Notes: generated by a model not told the origin, from the letters alone. 61,026 bases of DNA from Candidatus Magasanikiibacteriota bacterium (GCA_041666745.1 JBAYGI010000002.1:102291-163316), one strand, 5' to 3'. Numbered from the stretch's first letter, positions 45,466 through 54,993 are shown. Made by a program: numbers and translations.

Positions 45466-45906
45466 ATGCAAAATTCAGATCAAAAATTTTCTTTGCCGCT
45501 GGATGACTCCGGTGATGATTTTTCTATTTTGGCGGATTTTATGAAAAACGGTAGTGAGGCCGGTGGTTCGGTTTCGCCGGAAGGTCAGTTGGCTATCGAT
45601 GTGGTTCAAACCGTCAACGAAGTGATAGTCATCGCCCCGATGGCCGGATGTCGCAGTGAAAATTTGGAATTGCATTTGCACAACGATGTCCTCACTATTC
45701 GTGGCGAACGCAAACCGCCGATTGATCAAGAAGTGGATTATTTTTACAAAGAATGTTATTGGGGGAAATTTTCACGCACGATTGTTTTGCCGGTAGAAGT
45801 AAAAGTAGAAATGGCCAGAGCGGAATTCAAAAATGGTGTCCTGACCGTGGTTTTGCCAAAAACAAAAGTAGATGGTAATATCCCAATCATTGTAGTAGAA
45901 GAATAA
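45466..45906 (+). CDS. Hsp20/alpha-crystallin small heat-shock protein
   Basis: LTIRGERK...FSRTIVLPVEV...AEFKNGVLTVVLPK. Confidence 0.9.
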   Translation: MQNSDQKFSLPLDDSGDDFSILADFMKNGSEAGGSVSPEGQLAIDVVQTVNEVIVIAPMAGCRSENLELHLHNDVLTIRGERKPPIDQEVDYFYKECYWGKFSRTIVLPVEVKVEMARAEFKNGVLTVVLPKTKVDGNIPIIVVEE

Positions 45907-45908
45907 AT

Positions 45909-47924
45909 ATGGCGAAAATTAAATTAGACAACCCAGAAAAATTACCGGAGATGTTGTTACCGGAGAAAAAACACAGACCTTGGCTAAAAATTGTCATCAT
46001 TATTTTTTTGATTTTATTTGTAGTGTCAGGCGCGGTATTTGGCGGGTCAGCTTGGTATATTCAAAAATATCAGAACAAAATTTATCCGGGGGTTTATGCC
46101 GGACATTATCATGTGGGAAAAATGTCGCGTGATGATTTGAGAAATTTCATCGAAACCACCAACAACCGTCTGGCCAAAGAAGGTTTGAATTTGGAGGTTG
46201 ATGTCAATGGTAAAAAATCCGCGGTAAAAATCAACACAGTTTCTTTTGGGGAAAATTCCATCGAATTGGTAAAATTGGATAGTTATGTGTTGTGGCAAAA
46301 TACTTACGCGATGGGTCGTACCGGAAATTGGGCAACGCGTCTGTTTTCACCTTTGTATTTTAGATTATTCAACCAAAATCTATCTGTACCGGTCAAAACA
46401 GATTGGGTGAATTTGTTGGATAGCCTAAAAGACAACCTTTCCAAATTGGTAGATGCCCCTCGTGATGCCGGTATTAAAATTACAAATTTTGCACCAGTTA
46501 GTTATGAGGTAGTGCCGGAAAGTTCCGGTTTGGTTTTCAAATATGAAGATATTATCAAACAGATACAAGATAATCTGGCAGAGTTGTATTTGGGAAATAT
46601 TGCGATTCAGGCTCAACAATTTGATCCTACCATCAAAACTGCCGATGTAGTCAAGGCGGCCGAAAATCTTTCCGGTTTTTTGAGTTATGGAGATATTGGT
46701 TTGAATTATGTTGATCCTCAAACCAAAATACGTCGTGATTGGAATTTGTCCGTTGATCAATATTCACCATGGTTGGAAATACAAAATGATGAAAATAATC
46801 AGCCGATTTTTGTATTGAATCACGAAAAAGTCAAAACTTATTTGGAAGGCCTGCGTTATTTGGTAGATAAAGTTCCCCAAGATGCCAAATTTTCTATTGC
46901 CGCTGATCAAAAAGTAAAAGAATTTCAAGCTAGCCAAACCGGATTAACTCTCAATGTTGAAAAAACACTTCAAGATTTAAACAACGCTTTCAGACAAAGA
47001 AATTATCATTCCACTGAAATTATCAAGACAGTCAGTTTGACAGTCGATACGGCTGAGCCGGTAGTCAAAACGGCGAATGTAAATAGTTTGGGCATTGAAG
47101 ATGTTATTGGATCCGGTTATTCCACTTTTAAAGATAGCCACACCAATCGTATTAAAAATATTGCGCATGCCGTAGAGAGATTGAATGGTACTTTGATCAA
47201 ACCGGACGAAGAATTTTCGGCTATCAAATATGCCGGACCGTTTACCGCGGAAAATGGGTATTTGCCGGAGGCGGTTATCAAAGGTACAGAAATTAAAAAT
47301 GAAATTGGTGGAGGTATGTGTCAGATTGGTACCACGCTATTTCGCATGGCTATGAATTCGGGGATGAATATTACTCAGCGTCAAAATCATTCATTGGTAG
47401 TGAGTTATTATGCCGATCCGGTCAATGGTAATCCGGGTACAGACGCGGCGTTGTATGAACCTATTTTAGATTTGAAATTTATCAACGATACCGGAAATTA
47501 TTTATTATTGCAGACAGATATTGATTACAAAAAACAACAACTTACTTTTACACTTTGGGGTAAACCGGACGGGCGCAAAGGTTGGTTTACACATCCATTG
47601 GTCAAAAAATGGATTCCATACGGTGACCCGCAAGAGATAAAAACCGACAAAGTGAAACCGGGAGTAACCAAATGTCAGGTGGCATATCGTGGGGCAGTGG
47701 CCAGCTTTACTTATTCACGTGTAACTCCTAGCGGAGAAAAGATCGACAGGGTATTTGAAAGTTATTATCGACCGTTGCCAAAAATTTGTATGATCGGAGT
47801 GGATCCGGCCACACTATGTAAACCGGGGGAACAATGTGTAGCGTCGCCGGTAGTCAATTTAGACACGATAGAGTCGGCTCCGGAAATTAGCGCGCCGATA
47901 CCTACCGCGACTACAACCAATTAA
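45909..47924 (+). CDS. VanW-family membrane-anchored protein
   Basis: N-terminal TM helix and a VanW core GGGMCQIGTTLFRMAMNSGMNITQRQNHS. Confidence 0.8.
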   Translation: MAKIKLDNPEKLPEMLLPEKKHRPWLKIVIIIFLILFVVSGAVFGGSAWYIQKYQNKIYPGVYAGHYHVGKMSRDDLRNFIETTNNRLAKEGLNLEVDVNGKKSAVKINTVSFGENSIELVKLDSYVLWQNTYAMGRTGNWATRLFSPLYFRLFNQNLSVPVKTDWVNLLDSLKDNLSKLVDAPRDAGIKITNFAPVSYEVVPESSGLVFKYEDIIKQIQDNLAELYLGNIAIQAQQFDPTIKTADVVKAAENLSGFLSYGDIGLNYVDPQTKIRRDWNLSVDQYSPWLEIQNDENNQPIFVLNHEKVKTYLEGLRYLVDKVPQDAKFSIAADQKVKEFQASQTGLTLNVEKTLQDLNNAFRQRNYHSTEIIKTVSLTVDTAEPVVKTANVNSLGIEDVIGSGYSTFKDSHTNRIKNIAHAVERLNGTLIKPDEEFSAIKYAGPFTAENGYLPEAVIKGTEIKNEIGGGMCQIGTTLFRMAMNSGMNITQRQNHSLVVSYYADPVNGNPGTDAALYEPILDLKFINDTGNYLLLQTDIDYKKQQLTFTLWGKPDGRKGWFTHPLVKKWIPYGDPQEIKTDKVKPGVTKCQVAYRGAVASFTYSRVTPSGEKIDRVFESYYRPLPKICMIGVDPATLCKPGEQCVASPVVNLDTIESAPEISAPIPTATTTN

Positions 47925-47930
47925 AAATAA

Positions 47931-47962
47931 AAACCACCGGCTTAATTCAGCTGGTGGTTTTA
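47931..47962. terminator. Bidirectional terminator hairpin
   Basis: AAACCACC-N13-GGTGGTTT, flanked by an A run on the 5' side and a T run on the 3' side, so it gives T runs on both strands. Confidence 0.65.
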
Positions 47963-47964
47963 AA

Positions 47965-48210
47965 ATTGTTGGGGAAGTTATCCCCATAGAAACCGCACCC
48001 AAGAAGATGTATCGGTGGAGAAGATTAGCCGAAGCCAGTTCTATCCGTCAACACATCTCCATGCTTGTAGTGGATACGGGTCGGTGCTAATTATATCTAA
48101 CTTGACATGAATTGATAATTGGCACTGACCTGGATCCTAATACCCATAGAGGGTGGTAATGCGTGTTTATCGTGCTTCTGATTGAATCGGAAACGTTTCA
48201 CTTTTAGCAA
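47965..48210 (-). ncRNA. Candidate independent ~250-nt structured RNA, identity unknown
   Basis: ORF-free region, GC-richer than its flanks, between convergent genes. A strong minus-strand promoter lies at 48217-48245 and a terminator at 47931-47962. Contains a ~22-bp helix (48072-48094 with 48115-48137) and a C-UUCG-G tetraloop hairpin (minus strand, ~48027-48038). The strand evidence is conflicting. Confidence 0.45.
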
Positions 48211-48216
48211 CTGTAA

Positions 48217-48245
48217 ATGATACCACAAATCGATAGTTTTGTCAA
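48217..48245 (-). promoter_or_regulatory. Minus-strand promoter TTGACA-N17-TATCAT with a TG extension
   Basis: The reverse complement reads TTGACAaaactatcgatttgTGgTATCAT. Confidence 0.65.
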
Positions 48246-48312
48246 TAGGGGGAGTGGGGTATCAAAAAACCGCCATTTTCAGGCGATTTTTGAGGTTTTT
48301 TTAGAAAATGGG

Positions 48313-48906
48313 TTATCCTACTATTTTATCTACCAGTCCATATTTGATCGCCTCTGTCGCACTCATAAAGTTGTCACGGTCGGTATCTTTTTCGATAGTG
48401 GCGATATCTTGACCGGTGTGATCAGACAAAATCTTATTCAGTTGTTGTTTCATACGCAAAATACGTTCAGCGTGGATTTTGATATCACTAGCTTGTCCTT
48501 CCATTCCACCCATGACCTGATGAATCATCACCTCGGCGTTGGGTAAAATCAGACGTTTGCCTTTGGTTCCTGACGCGAGCAATACTGCGGACATGCTGGC
48601 AGCCATCCCAATACAAATAGTGGATACATCGGATTTTATATATTTTATCGTGTCATAAATCGCCATACCGGCGGATACTGATCCCCCTGGAGAGTTGATA
48701 TATATTTTAATGTCGGTTTCCGGATTTTGATTTTCCAAAAACAACAGCTGAGCGATCACAATATTGGCAACATGATCGTCGATTGGTTGTCCCAAGAAAA
48801 TAATACGGTCCACCAACAAGCGGGAATAAATGTCATAAGCACGTTCGCCATAGCTGGTTTTTTCGATAACGGTTGGGATTAAGATTTGAGATTTGATGTC
48901 AGACAT
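48313..48906 (-). CDS. clpP: ATP-dependent Clp protease proteolytic subunit
   Basis: Catalytic Ser context [15 protein letters not shown] and His context MIHQ. Confidence 0.95.
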   Translation of the reverse strand: MSDIKSQILIPTVIEKTSYGERAYDIYSRLLVDRIIFLGQPIDDHVANIVIAQLLFLENQNPETDIKIYINSPGGSVSAGMAIYDTIKYIKSDVSTICIGMAASMSAVLLASGTKGKRLILPNAEVMIHQVMGGMEGQASDIKIHAERILRMKQQLNKILSDHTGQDIATIEKDTDRDNFMSATEAIKYGLVDKIVG

Positions 48907-48965
48907 ATTTTTTAAGTTATTTTATTTTACAATTCTACTAGTATTGGCTGGATAAGTCAAAAAAA

Positions 48966-49922
48966 TTACAGTGTTGTTATTTTTTTCATCACCTCATCAA
49001 TCGTGCCGGCAATGGAAAACCCGGCCGCTTTTTTGTGTCCGCCACCGCCTAGTTTTTTGGCCAAAGCCGAAACATCCACGTCATCTTTGGTAGTGCGAAA
49101 ACTCCCTTTAATTTTTCCGTCTTGAGTTTCTTTTAAAATTAAAGACATTTTACCTTCATCCAAATTATTCAAAAAATTGGCAATCCCTTCGCTGTCAGTT
49201 TCGTCCACTTGATGGACTTTCAAATCCACTTGAGTAATATAGGTATAGACCATATCCAGAGCCTCGTGTTTGTTGAGACGATTCAAAATTTCTCCCCAAA
49301 GACGGAGTAAGTTGATGGATTTATTGCGCACCACTTGTTCGTTGATCATATTCAGATTACCACCTTTGCGAATCAGATCGCCGGCGGCCGCCATAGCGGT
49401 ATCACTAGTTGCGGAGTTGGTGAAATTGTCGGTGTCGGTAATAATGCCGGTCAATAGAGCGGTAGCCATGCGATGGCTGATATGTACTTGGACATGTCGT
49501 AAAAAATTATAAACTATTTCAGCGGTTGAACTGGCTGTAGGATTCACCAAATTGAGGTGGCCGTATTTTTGATTGGTGTGATGATGGTCGATGTTGATAA
49601 TTTCGGCCGAGTGATTTTTTACAAAACTATGAATACCGGCATATTGTAAATCACCGGAATCCAATACGATAATAGTATCCAGATCAGGATTAGAAAAAAT
49701 TTCCGGATTGGTTTGAAGTTTTTCACTGTGTGGCAAAAAGGCCAATTTGGGGTTCAAAGGAGTAAGACAAAAAATCTCAGTTTTTAAACCGATTTTTTGC
49801 AGGTGTTCAAATAACGCGCAGGCTGACCCCAAAGCATCACCGTCGGCATTTTGATGAGCCACGATGACGATGGTGTGAGCGCGTTTTATTCGATCATAAA
49901 TTTGTAAAGCTATTTTTCTCAT
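48966..49922 (-). CDS. nrnA: DHH/DHHA1 phosphoesterase (NrnA-like)
   Basis: HQNADGDALGS, IDHHHTN and GGGHKKAAG motifs. Confidence 0.8.
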   Translation of the reverse strand: MRKIALQIYDRIKRAHTIVIVAHQNADGDALGSACALFEHLQKIGLKTEIFCLTPLNPKLAFLPHSEKLQTNPEIFSNPDLDTIIVLDSGDLQYAGIHSFVKNHSAEIINIDHHHTNQKYGHLNLVNPTASSTAEIVYNFLRHVQVHISHRMATALLTGIITDTDNFTNSATSDTAMAAAGDLIRKGGNLNMINEQVVRNKSINLLRLWGEILNRLNKHEALDMVYTYITQVDLKVHQVDETDSEGIANFLNNLDEGKMSLILKETQDGKIKGSFRTTKDDVDVSALAKKLGGGGHKKAAGFSIAGTIDEVMKKITTL

Positions 49923-50036
49923 TTCTCAGAATTTTATAATTTAAATTGAGAACAGGGGAGAATATCACACAAATAACGGTCTGTCAACAGTTGCGCCTCA
50001 GTTGGATTTTGTGATATAATAAGTCACAATTGTGTT

Positions 50037-53000
50037 ATGTATTTGAAACGATTGGAAATTCAAGGTTTTAAATCTTTTGCCGGCAAAACGGTGTTGGATT
50101 TTTTGCCTCCAAAAAATGGGCGATTTAGTATTACCGCGGTGGTTGGTCCGAATGGATCGGGGAAGTCCAATGTGGTGGATGCTTTGCGCTGGGTAATGGG
50201 AGAACAGAGTATCAAAACTTTGCGCGGTAAAAAAAGTGAAGATATTATTTTTGGCGGTTCAGACCTCAAAGGACAGTTGGGGGCGTGCGAGGTTTCGATG
50301 ATTTTGGACAATAGTGATGATCGAGTGCAAATAGATTTGCCGGAAATTGTGATTACTCGTCGTTTATACCGCAGTGGCGAGGGTGAATATATGATCAACA
50401 ACAATCCGGTGCGTTTGTTGGATATCCATTTGCTATTGGCCAAAGCCCAGTTTGGTCAACATTCATATAGTATTATCGGGCAGGGGACAATCGATCGGTT
50501 GCTGACAGTCAGTACCGCGGAAAGAAAAGATTTTTTGGATGAAGCTTCGGGGATCAAAGAACATCAAATAAAACAACATCAGGCGAATCTCAAATTGGCT
50601 CGTACCGCCGAAAACATGTCGCAGGTAGAAATGTTACTCAAAGAAGTGGATCCACGTTTGCGATTGCTGTCCAAACAAGTGCGCAAGTTGGAACAGCGCC
50701 ATGAAGTAGAAATAAATTTACGAGAAACACAAGAAAAATATTATGGATCATTGTATGGTGCCAACAAAAAAGAAATGGATCGCTTGGAGTTGGAAGTAAA
50801 CAATTTGGACGCGCAATACAAAAATACTTTCAAAGAATTGGAAGACACTCAGTTGGAATTGTCAGAGTTGGCGCGCAGTGAAAGTCGTCAAGAAGTTTTT
50901 GTTAAATTACAAGAAAAATATCAGGCGGTTGTTCGAACCAAAAATGAATGGGAGAGGCAGTTGGCGGTTATTTCTGGGAAAATTCAAAACGCGTACAGTG
51001 AACTTGGAAAACAAAATATCGGTTGGCTGGAAAAGAAAGTAGCTGAACTAAAAGTTGTCGGCGAACGGTTTTTTCAAGAACAAAATAATTTAGAAAATGA
51101 ATTGGCCAAAGCGGAAAAAATATTGAGTGAGAACAATGCCAAATTGGCGGAATTGTCGCGAGATAAAACCCAAGCGGCGGTTCGATTATCTCAACTGCAA
51201 GTCAAACAATACGAACAAAAATCCGAACGCCAATATTTGGAATTTAGCGGTTTGACTGCCGTGAAAACAGTGTTGGAAAATAAAAATCGTTTGGGAAAAG
51301 TGTATGGTTTGGTGGCGGAGTTGGGAGAGGTGGAAAGTGAATATCGTACCGCGCTGGAAGTATCGGCCGGACAGCATTTGTCTTCTTTGGTGGTGGCGGA
51401 TGAAAGTGTGGCCAGATCAGCGATTGAATTTTTGCGTGAACAAAAAATGGGGGTGGCGACATTTTTGCCAACCAACAAAATTTTTGGGCGAGATATTAGC
51501 GGGGATATTCAATCACTATTGGTTGAAGATGGGGTAGTGGGGCTCGCGATTGATTTGGTAAAATTTGATGAAAAATTTCGCAATATTTTTTCTTTTATTT
51601 TTGGTGATACTATTATTGTAAAAAATTTGGCGGTGGCACAGCGGTTGGGTGTCGGACGGGCGCGCATGGTGACGCTCGATGGTGATGTGGTAGAGCGTCG
51701 CGGGGTGATGAAAGGTGGTTGGCGCGGACAGAAAAAAATGCATTTGAGTTTTTCCGGACGGACTATTTTTTCCGATGGTGAAGGTCAAAATTATCAGGAG
51801 GAATTGATCAGACAAGAAAGTAATTTTAAAGATTTTGAGACCAAGCTTGATCAAGCCAAGACCGTCGCGTTGTTGTCTCAAATGGACAAAGAAAAACTGT
51901 TGGGCAAGTTGGAATCGTTGCGCTCTGATCAGAAAAAAAATCAGGATGAAATGTCGGAGATGGAGCGCGAACTGAATTTCTTGCAGATGAGTCCGGAGGA
52001 ATATGGTGCGCATTTGTCGGAGCTGGAAAAAGAAAAAGAAAAAATAAAATTGGAAATTAAAAATAGTGGAGCAGAGGCGGAAAAAATCGAAGAAGAAATA
52101 AAACAATTCAATGATAGTGAAGAAGAAAAAAAACAACGCGTGTTTGGTTTGCAAGAATCAATGCAAAAAAAGCAATTGGCAGTGAATGGAATATTGTCCG
52201 CGCGCAATGAATACAAAATTCAATTGGCAAAATTGGAAACAAAAAATGAAGACTTATCCAACGAAGTAAGTAGCGAAATGAGTCTATCGTTGGCGGCTTT
52301 GGCCGAACGGTCGTTAATCATACTCACTCAGTCTGAATTGGAGTCGAGCGCCACCGCAATTCAAAAATTAAAATACCAACTTAGTCTGATAGGTGGTATC
52401 GATGAAGATGTAGTAAAAGAATATGAAACCACCAAAGAGCGTTATGACTTTTTGAATAGTCAATTGAAAGACTTGACGACGGCCACCGATGATCTCTCCA
52501 AAATGGTGGAAGAACTCGATGAAATTATGAAGAAAAAACGCGCGACGGCGTTTAAACAAATTCGCAAAGAGTTCGATCGTTATTTCAAAATATTATTTAG
52601 CGGTGGTAGCGCGCAACTCGAAGAAATTTATGGTGAACCGGAAAGTGAAGACGAACCTGTCGTTTCTTTGAACAACACTGTCATTCCGAGTGAAACCGAG
52701 GAATCCCTCAAAAATAACAAATCAAAAAAACACGAAAAAATCCTCACCGGTATCGATATCGCCGTCAACCCCCCTGGTAAAAAAATAAAAAATATCAGCG
52801 CCTTATCCGGTGGTGAACGCACCCTAACTTCGATCGCTTTGATCTGTGCGATTTTGAACTGCAACCCATCACCATTTGTAGTGATGGACGAAGTGGAAGC
52901 GGCGCTTGACGAGACCAATACCCTGCGTTTTGCCGATATTATGAGCGAATTAGCCACAAAATCCCAGTTTATTATCATTACCCACAATCGTGCTACGATG

Positions 53001-53108
53001 CACAGCGCTGACGCCCTATATGGTGTAACGATGGGTGATGAAGGTATTTCCAAATTGTTAAGTGTTAATATTGGCGAAGTCGAGGTTGACAAAAATGCTC
53101 AAATATAG
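50037..53108 (+). CDS. smc: Chromosome segregation protein SMC
   Basis: Walker A GPNGSGKSNVVDA, long coiled coils, a hinge, signature LSGGERT and Walker B VVMDEVEAALD. Confidence 0.95.
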   Translation: MYLKRLEIQGFKSFAGKTVLDFLPPKNGRFSITAVVGPNGSGKSNVVDALRWVMGEQSIKTLRGKKSEDIIFGGSDLKGQLGACEVSMILDNSDDRVQIDLPEIVITRRLYRSGEGEYMINNNPVRLLDIHLLLAKAQFGQHSYSIIGQGTIDRLLTVSTAERKDFLDEASGIKEHQIKQHQANLKLARTAENMSQVEMLLKEVDPRLRLLSKQVRKLEQRHEVEINLRETQEKYYGSLYGANKKEMDRLELEVNNLDAQYKNTFKELEDTQLELSELARSESRQEVFVKLQEKYQAVVRTKNEWERQLAVISGKIQNAYSELGKQNIGWLEKKVAELKVVGERFFQEQNNLENELAKAEKILSENNAKLAELSRDKTQAAVRLSQLQVKQYEQKSERQYLEFSGLTAVKTVLENKNRLGKVYGLVAELGEVESEYRTALEVSAGQHLSSLVVADESVARSAIEFLREQKMGVATFLPTNKIFGRDISGDIQSLLVEDGVVGLAIDLVKFDEKFRNIFSFIFGDTIIVKNLAVAQRLGVGRARMVTLDGDVVERRGVMKGGWRGQKKMHLSFSGRTIFSDGEGQNYQEELIRQESNFKDFETKLDQAKTVALLSQMDKEKLLGKLESLRSDQKKNQDEMSEMERELNFLQMSPEEYGAHLSELEKEKEKIKLEIKNSGAEAEKIEEEIKQFNDSEEEKKQRVFGLQESMQKKQLAVNGILSARNEYKIQLAKLETKNEDLSNEVSSEMSLSLAALAERSLIILTQSELESSATAIQKLKYQLSLIGGIDEDVVKEYETTKERYDFLNSQLKDLTTATDDLSKMVEELDEIMKKKRATAFKQIRKEFDRYFKILFSGGSAQLEEIYGEPESEDEPVVSLNNTVIPSETEESLKNNKSKKHEKILTGIDIAVNPPGKKIKNISALSGGERTLTSIALICAILNCNPSPFVVMDEVEAALDETNTLRFADIMSELATKSQFIIITHNRATMHSADALYGVTMGDEGISKLLSVNIGEVEVDKNAQI
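52680..52707. repeat. Family C-prime element in frame inside smc
   Basis: GTCATTCCGAGTGAAACCGAGGAATCCC encodes VIPSETEESL. It lies within a ~35-aa segment between the coiled coil and the C-terminal head. Confidence 0.8.
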
Positions 53109-53171
53109 TATATTATTTTGGCTCTCGTTATCGTCAATAAAAAGAAAATTTTTATATAAATAAAACTAGTT

Positions 53172-53486
53172 ATGTTAGCTATTCGATTACAACGTATTGG
53201 AAAAAAGAAATTTGCCACTTATCGTATTATTGTGTCTGAAAAAGCACGAGATACCCAAGGTAATCATTTGGAACAAGTTGGCACCTACAATCCGCACGCC
53301 AAAGAAAATCAATTTTTGCCGGTGGTGGATAGGATAAAATATTGGATGAGTAAAGGAGCTGTGCCTTCTGAAACTATCCACAATTTATTGGTGACCAACA
53401 AATTGATTGAAGGTAAGAAAAAGAAATCGGTATTTATCAGCAAAAGACGCGCCGCCAAATTGGCTGAAAAAAAGAAAACAGCCTAA
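53172..53486 (+). CDS. rpsP: 30S ribosomal protein S16
   Basis: MLAIRLQRIGKKKFATYRIIVSE. Confidence 0.93.
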   Translation: MLAIRLQRIGKKKFATYRIIVSEKARDTQGNHLEQVGTYNPHAKENQFLPVVDRIKYWMSKGAVPSETIHNLLVTNKLIEGKKKKSVFISKRRAAKLAEKKKTA

Positions 53487-53589
53487 AATTTGACGAGTTC
53501 TTTTGAAAGATGATAAAATAAGAATGCAGAGCTGGTGGACATATCCACACGTCGACAGACTGCCGATATGAAAAAATAATGATAATACT

Positions 53590-53916
53590 ATGGAAGCAGA
53601 TCAGATGTTTGTAGAGGCACTCGTGAAAGCGATTGTCAACAACCCAGACAAAGTAAAAACCGACCGCACTATCGATGAGCGCGGCGTGCTCATTACTTTG
53701 GATGTTGATCCAGCAGACATGGGCTATGTCATCGGACGAGGCGGTCAAACCGCTCGTTCTATCCGCACCTTGCTCAAGATCGTAGGCGCCAAGCACAATG
53801 CTCGCGTGAACCTAAAGATCAATGAGCCGGTAGGCGGTCGTGGTCCGCGCCCTATGCCTATGCAAAGTGCCGCCGCGCCAATTGACACTAGTGCTGTGGA
53901 TGATCTAGGAATCTAA
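53590..53916 (+). CDS. KH-domain RNA-binding protein (YlqC-like)
   Basis: LVKAIVNNPDKV...VIGRGGQTARSIRTLL. It occupies the conserved position between rpsP and trmD. Confidence 0.8.
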   Translation: MEADQMFVEALVKAIVNNPDKVKTDRTIDERGVLITLDVDPADMGYVIGRGGQTARSIRTLLKIVGAKHNARVNLKINEPVGGRGPRPMPMQSAAAPIDTSAVDDLGI

Positions 53917-53928
53917 AATTCAAAAAAC

Positions 53929-54033
53929 AAAAACACCAGTAACAACCACCTTTTCGCTTTTTTTGCCCGCGAGGGCAAAAGGATGAGCCTCGGGCTCATA
54001 ACCCGCTCAAAGGTAATTGTTACTGGTGTTTTT
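53929..54033. repeat. Family A element, copy A4 (reverse orientation)
   Basis: Perfect 17-bp outer stem AAAAACACCAGTAACAA / TTGTTACTGGTGTTTTT. Core GGATGAGCCTCGGGCTCATAACCCGC. Second hairpin TGCCC-GCGA-GGGCA. Confidence 0.85.
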
Positions 54034-54041
54034 GTTTTTTT

Positions 54042-54090
54042 GTCATTCCGAGCACCCGCTTCGCGAGTATAAACTCCGCCGAGGAATCCC
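54042..54090. repeat. Family C-prime element with an enlarged interior
   Basis: GTCATTCCGAG...CCGAGGAATCCC has the same termini as the smc copy. Confidence 0.7.
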
Positions 54091-54098
54091 TTATTAAG

Positions 54099-54107
54099 TT
54101 ATCCACA
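54099..54107 (+). promoter_or_regulatory. Perfect DnaA-box-like 9-mer TTATCCACA (extended TTATCCACATGTT)
   Basis: Exact match. The same 13-mer recurs at 54956-54968. Confidence 0.6.
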
Positions 54108-54144
54108 TGTTCTTGACCGAGTATTTTGTCTAATTTAAAACAAG

Positions 54145-54178
54145 CTATTAGTTAAAATACTAGTATTTTAACTAATAG
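54145..54178. promoter_or_regulatory. Perfect 16-bp inverted repeat (operator-like) upstream of the MNT/HEPN pair
   Basis: CTATTAGTTAAAATAC-TA-GTATTTTAACTAATAG, followed by TATAAT at 54186-54191. Confidence 0.6.
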
Positions 54179-54247
54179 ACACAATTATAATGGACGAATT
54201 TGCGAATTTTCTCCAACGTGGTATTATATAGACAATCATTTTTTTGT

Positions 54248-54556
54248 ATGCGTTTAGAAAAATATTCCATTGATAAACTCAAAAAAGAGCTTAAAAAAAT
54301 TGTAAGTCAATATTTGAATTTAAAGAATTATCGTCTTTTTTTCTTTGGATCAAGAGTTACAGGCAAAGGAAATAATGTTTCGGATATAGATGTTGGTATT
54401 GAAGGCCACGAAGAAATTCCGCTCGAAATTATGTCTAAAATAAAAGAAGATGTGGAAAATTTACCGATTTTGTATAAAATGGAAATTATGGATTTCAAAA
54501 GAGCATCGCGAGATTTTTTGACAGTAGCTTTGCAAAATATTGAAGAAATTAAATAA
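54248..54556 (+). CDS. Minimal nucleotidyltransferase (MNT, antitoxin-type)
   Basis: FFFGSRVTGKGNNVSDIDVGIEG. Start trimmed to ATG 54248. Confidence 0.8.
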   Translation: MRLEKYSIDKLKKELKKIVSQYLNLKNYRLFFFGSRVTGKGNNVSDIDVGIEGHEEIPLEIMSKIKEDVENLPILYKMEIMDFKRASRDFLTVALQNIEEIK

Positions 54557-54571
54557 ATAACAAACACTTGT

Positions 54572-54949
54572 ATGTCAAAACTGGAAGCCCAATTGATCCA
54601 AATGGAAAACGCGTTGAATAAATTAAAAGAGGTTTTGGCTTTGCCAGAGACAGAAATAGTGCGCGATTCTGCGATTCAACGTTTTGAATTTACTTTGGAC
54701 TTAACATGGAAAACAACAAAAACGTATTTGGAAGAGAAGGAAGGTGTCGTGTGTGTTTCTCCAAAAGAATGTTTTAGGGAAGCGTTTAGGCAGGGTTTAA
54801 TAAATTATGACAGCGAGTGGATTACTATGGTTGATTTACGCAATGAAACGGTTCATACATACAATGAAGAAAATGCGCAAAAAATTTATCTACAGTTATC
54901 TTCAACAATTGGAAAATTTGAAGAGTTACTAAATAAATTAAAGCAGTAA
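54572..54949 (+). CDS. HI0074-family nucleotidyltransferase substrate-binding (HEPN) protein
   Basis: RDSAIQRFEFTLDLTWKTTKTYL and RNETVHTYNEE (the R-x4-H HEPN motif). Confidence 0.8.
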   Translation: MSKLEAQLIQMENALNKLKEVLALPETEIVRDSAIQRFEFTLDLTWKTTKTYLEEKEGVVCVSPKECFREAFRQGLINYDSEWITMVDLRNETVHTYNEENAQKIYLQLSSTIGKFEELLNKLKQ

Positions 54950-54955
54950 ACATAC

Positions 54956-54964
54956 TTATCCACA
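54956..54964 (+). promoter_or_regulatory. Perfect DnaA-box-like 9-mer TTATCCACA upstream of the adhesin promoter
   Basis: Exact match, within the shared 13-mer TTATCCACATGTT. Confidence 0.6.
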
Positions 54965-54968
54965 TGTT

Positions 54969-54976
54969 GGGGGGGG
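54969..54976. repeat. G8 homopolymer between the box and the -10 element
   Basis: TTATCCACATGTTGGGGGGGGCGGATG. Confidence 0.9.
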
Positions 54977-54993
54977 CGGATGTTTGTGAGTAA

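Noticed and set aside
48217-48546. ORF 48217-48546 (+)
   Set aside because: Its 3' two thirds are antisense to clpP, and its 5' part covers the minus-strand promoter and terminator region. The product has no motif.
51516-53092. Antisense ORFs 51516-52154 and 52628-53092 within smc, and 58926-59324 within the adhesin
   Set aside because: They are shadow frames of coiled-coil or repeat coding sequence. Their products are low-complexity poly-F/K or poly-V/T.
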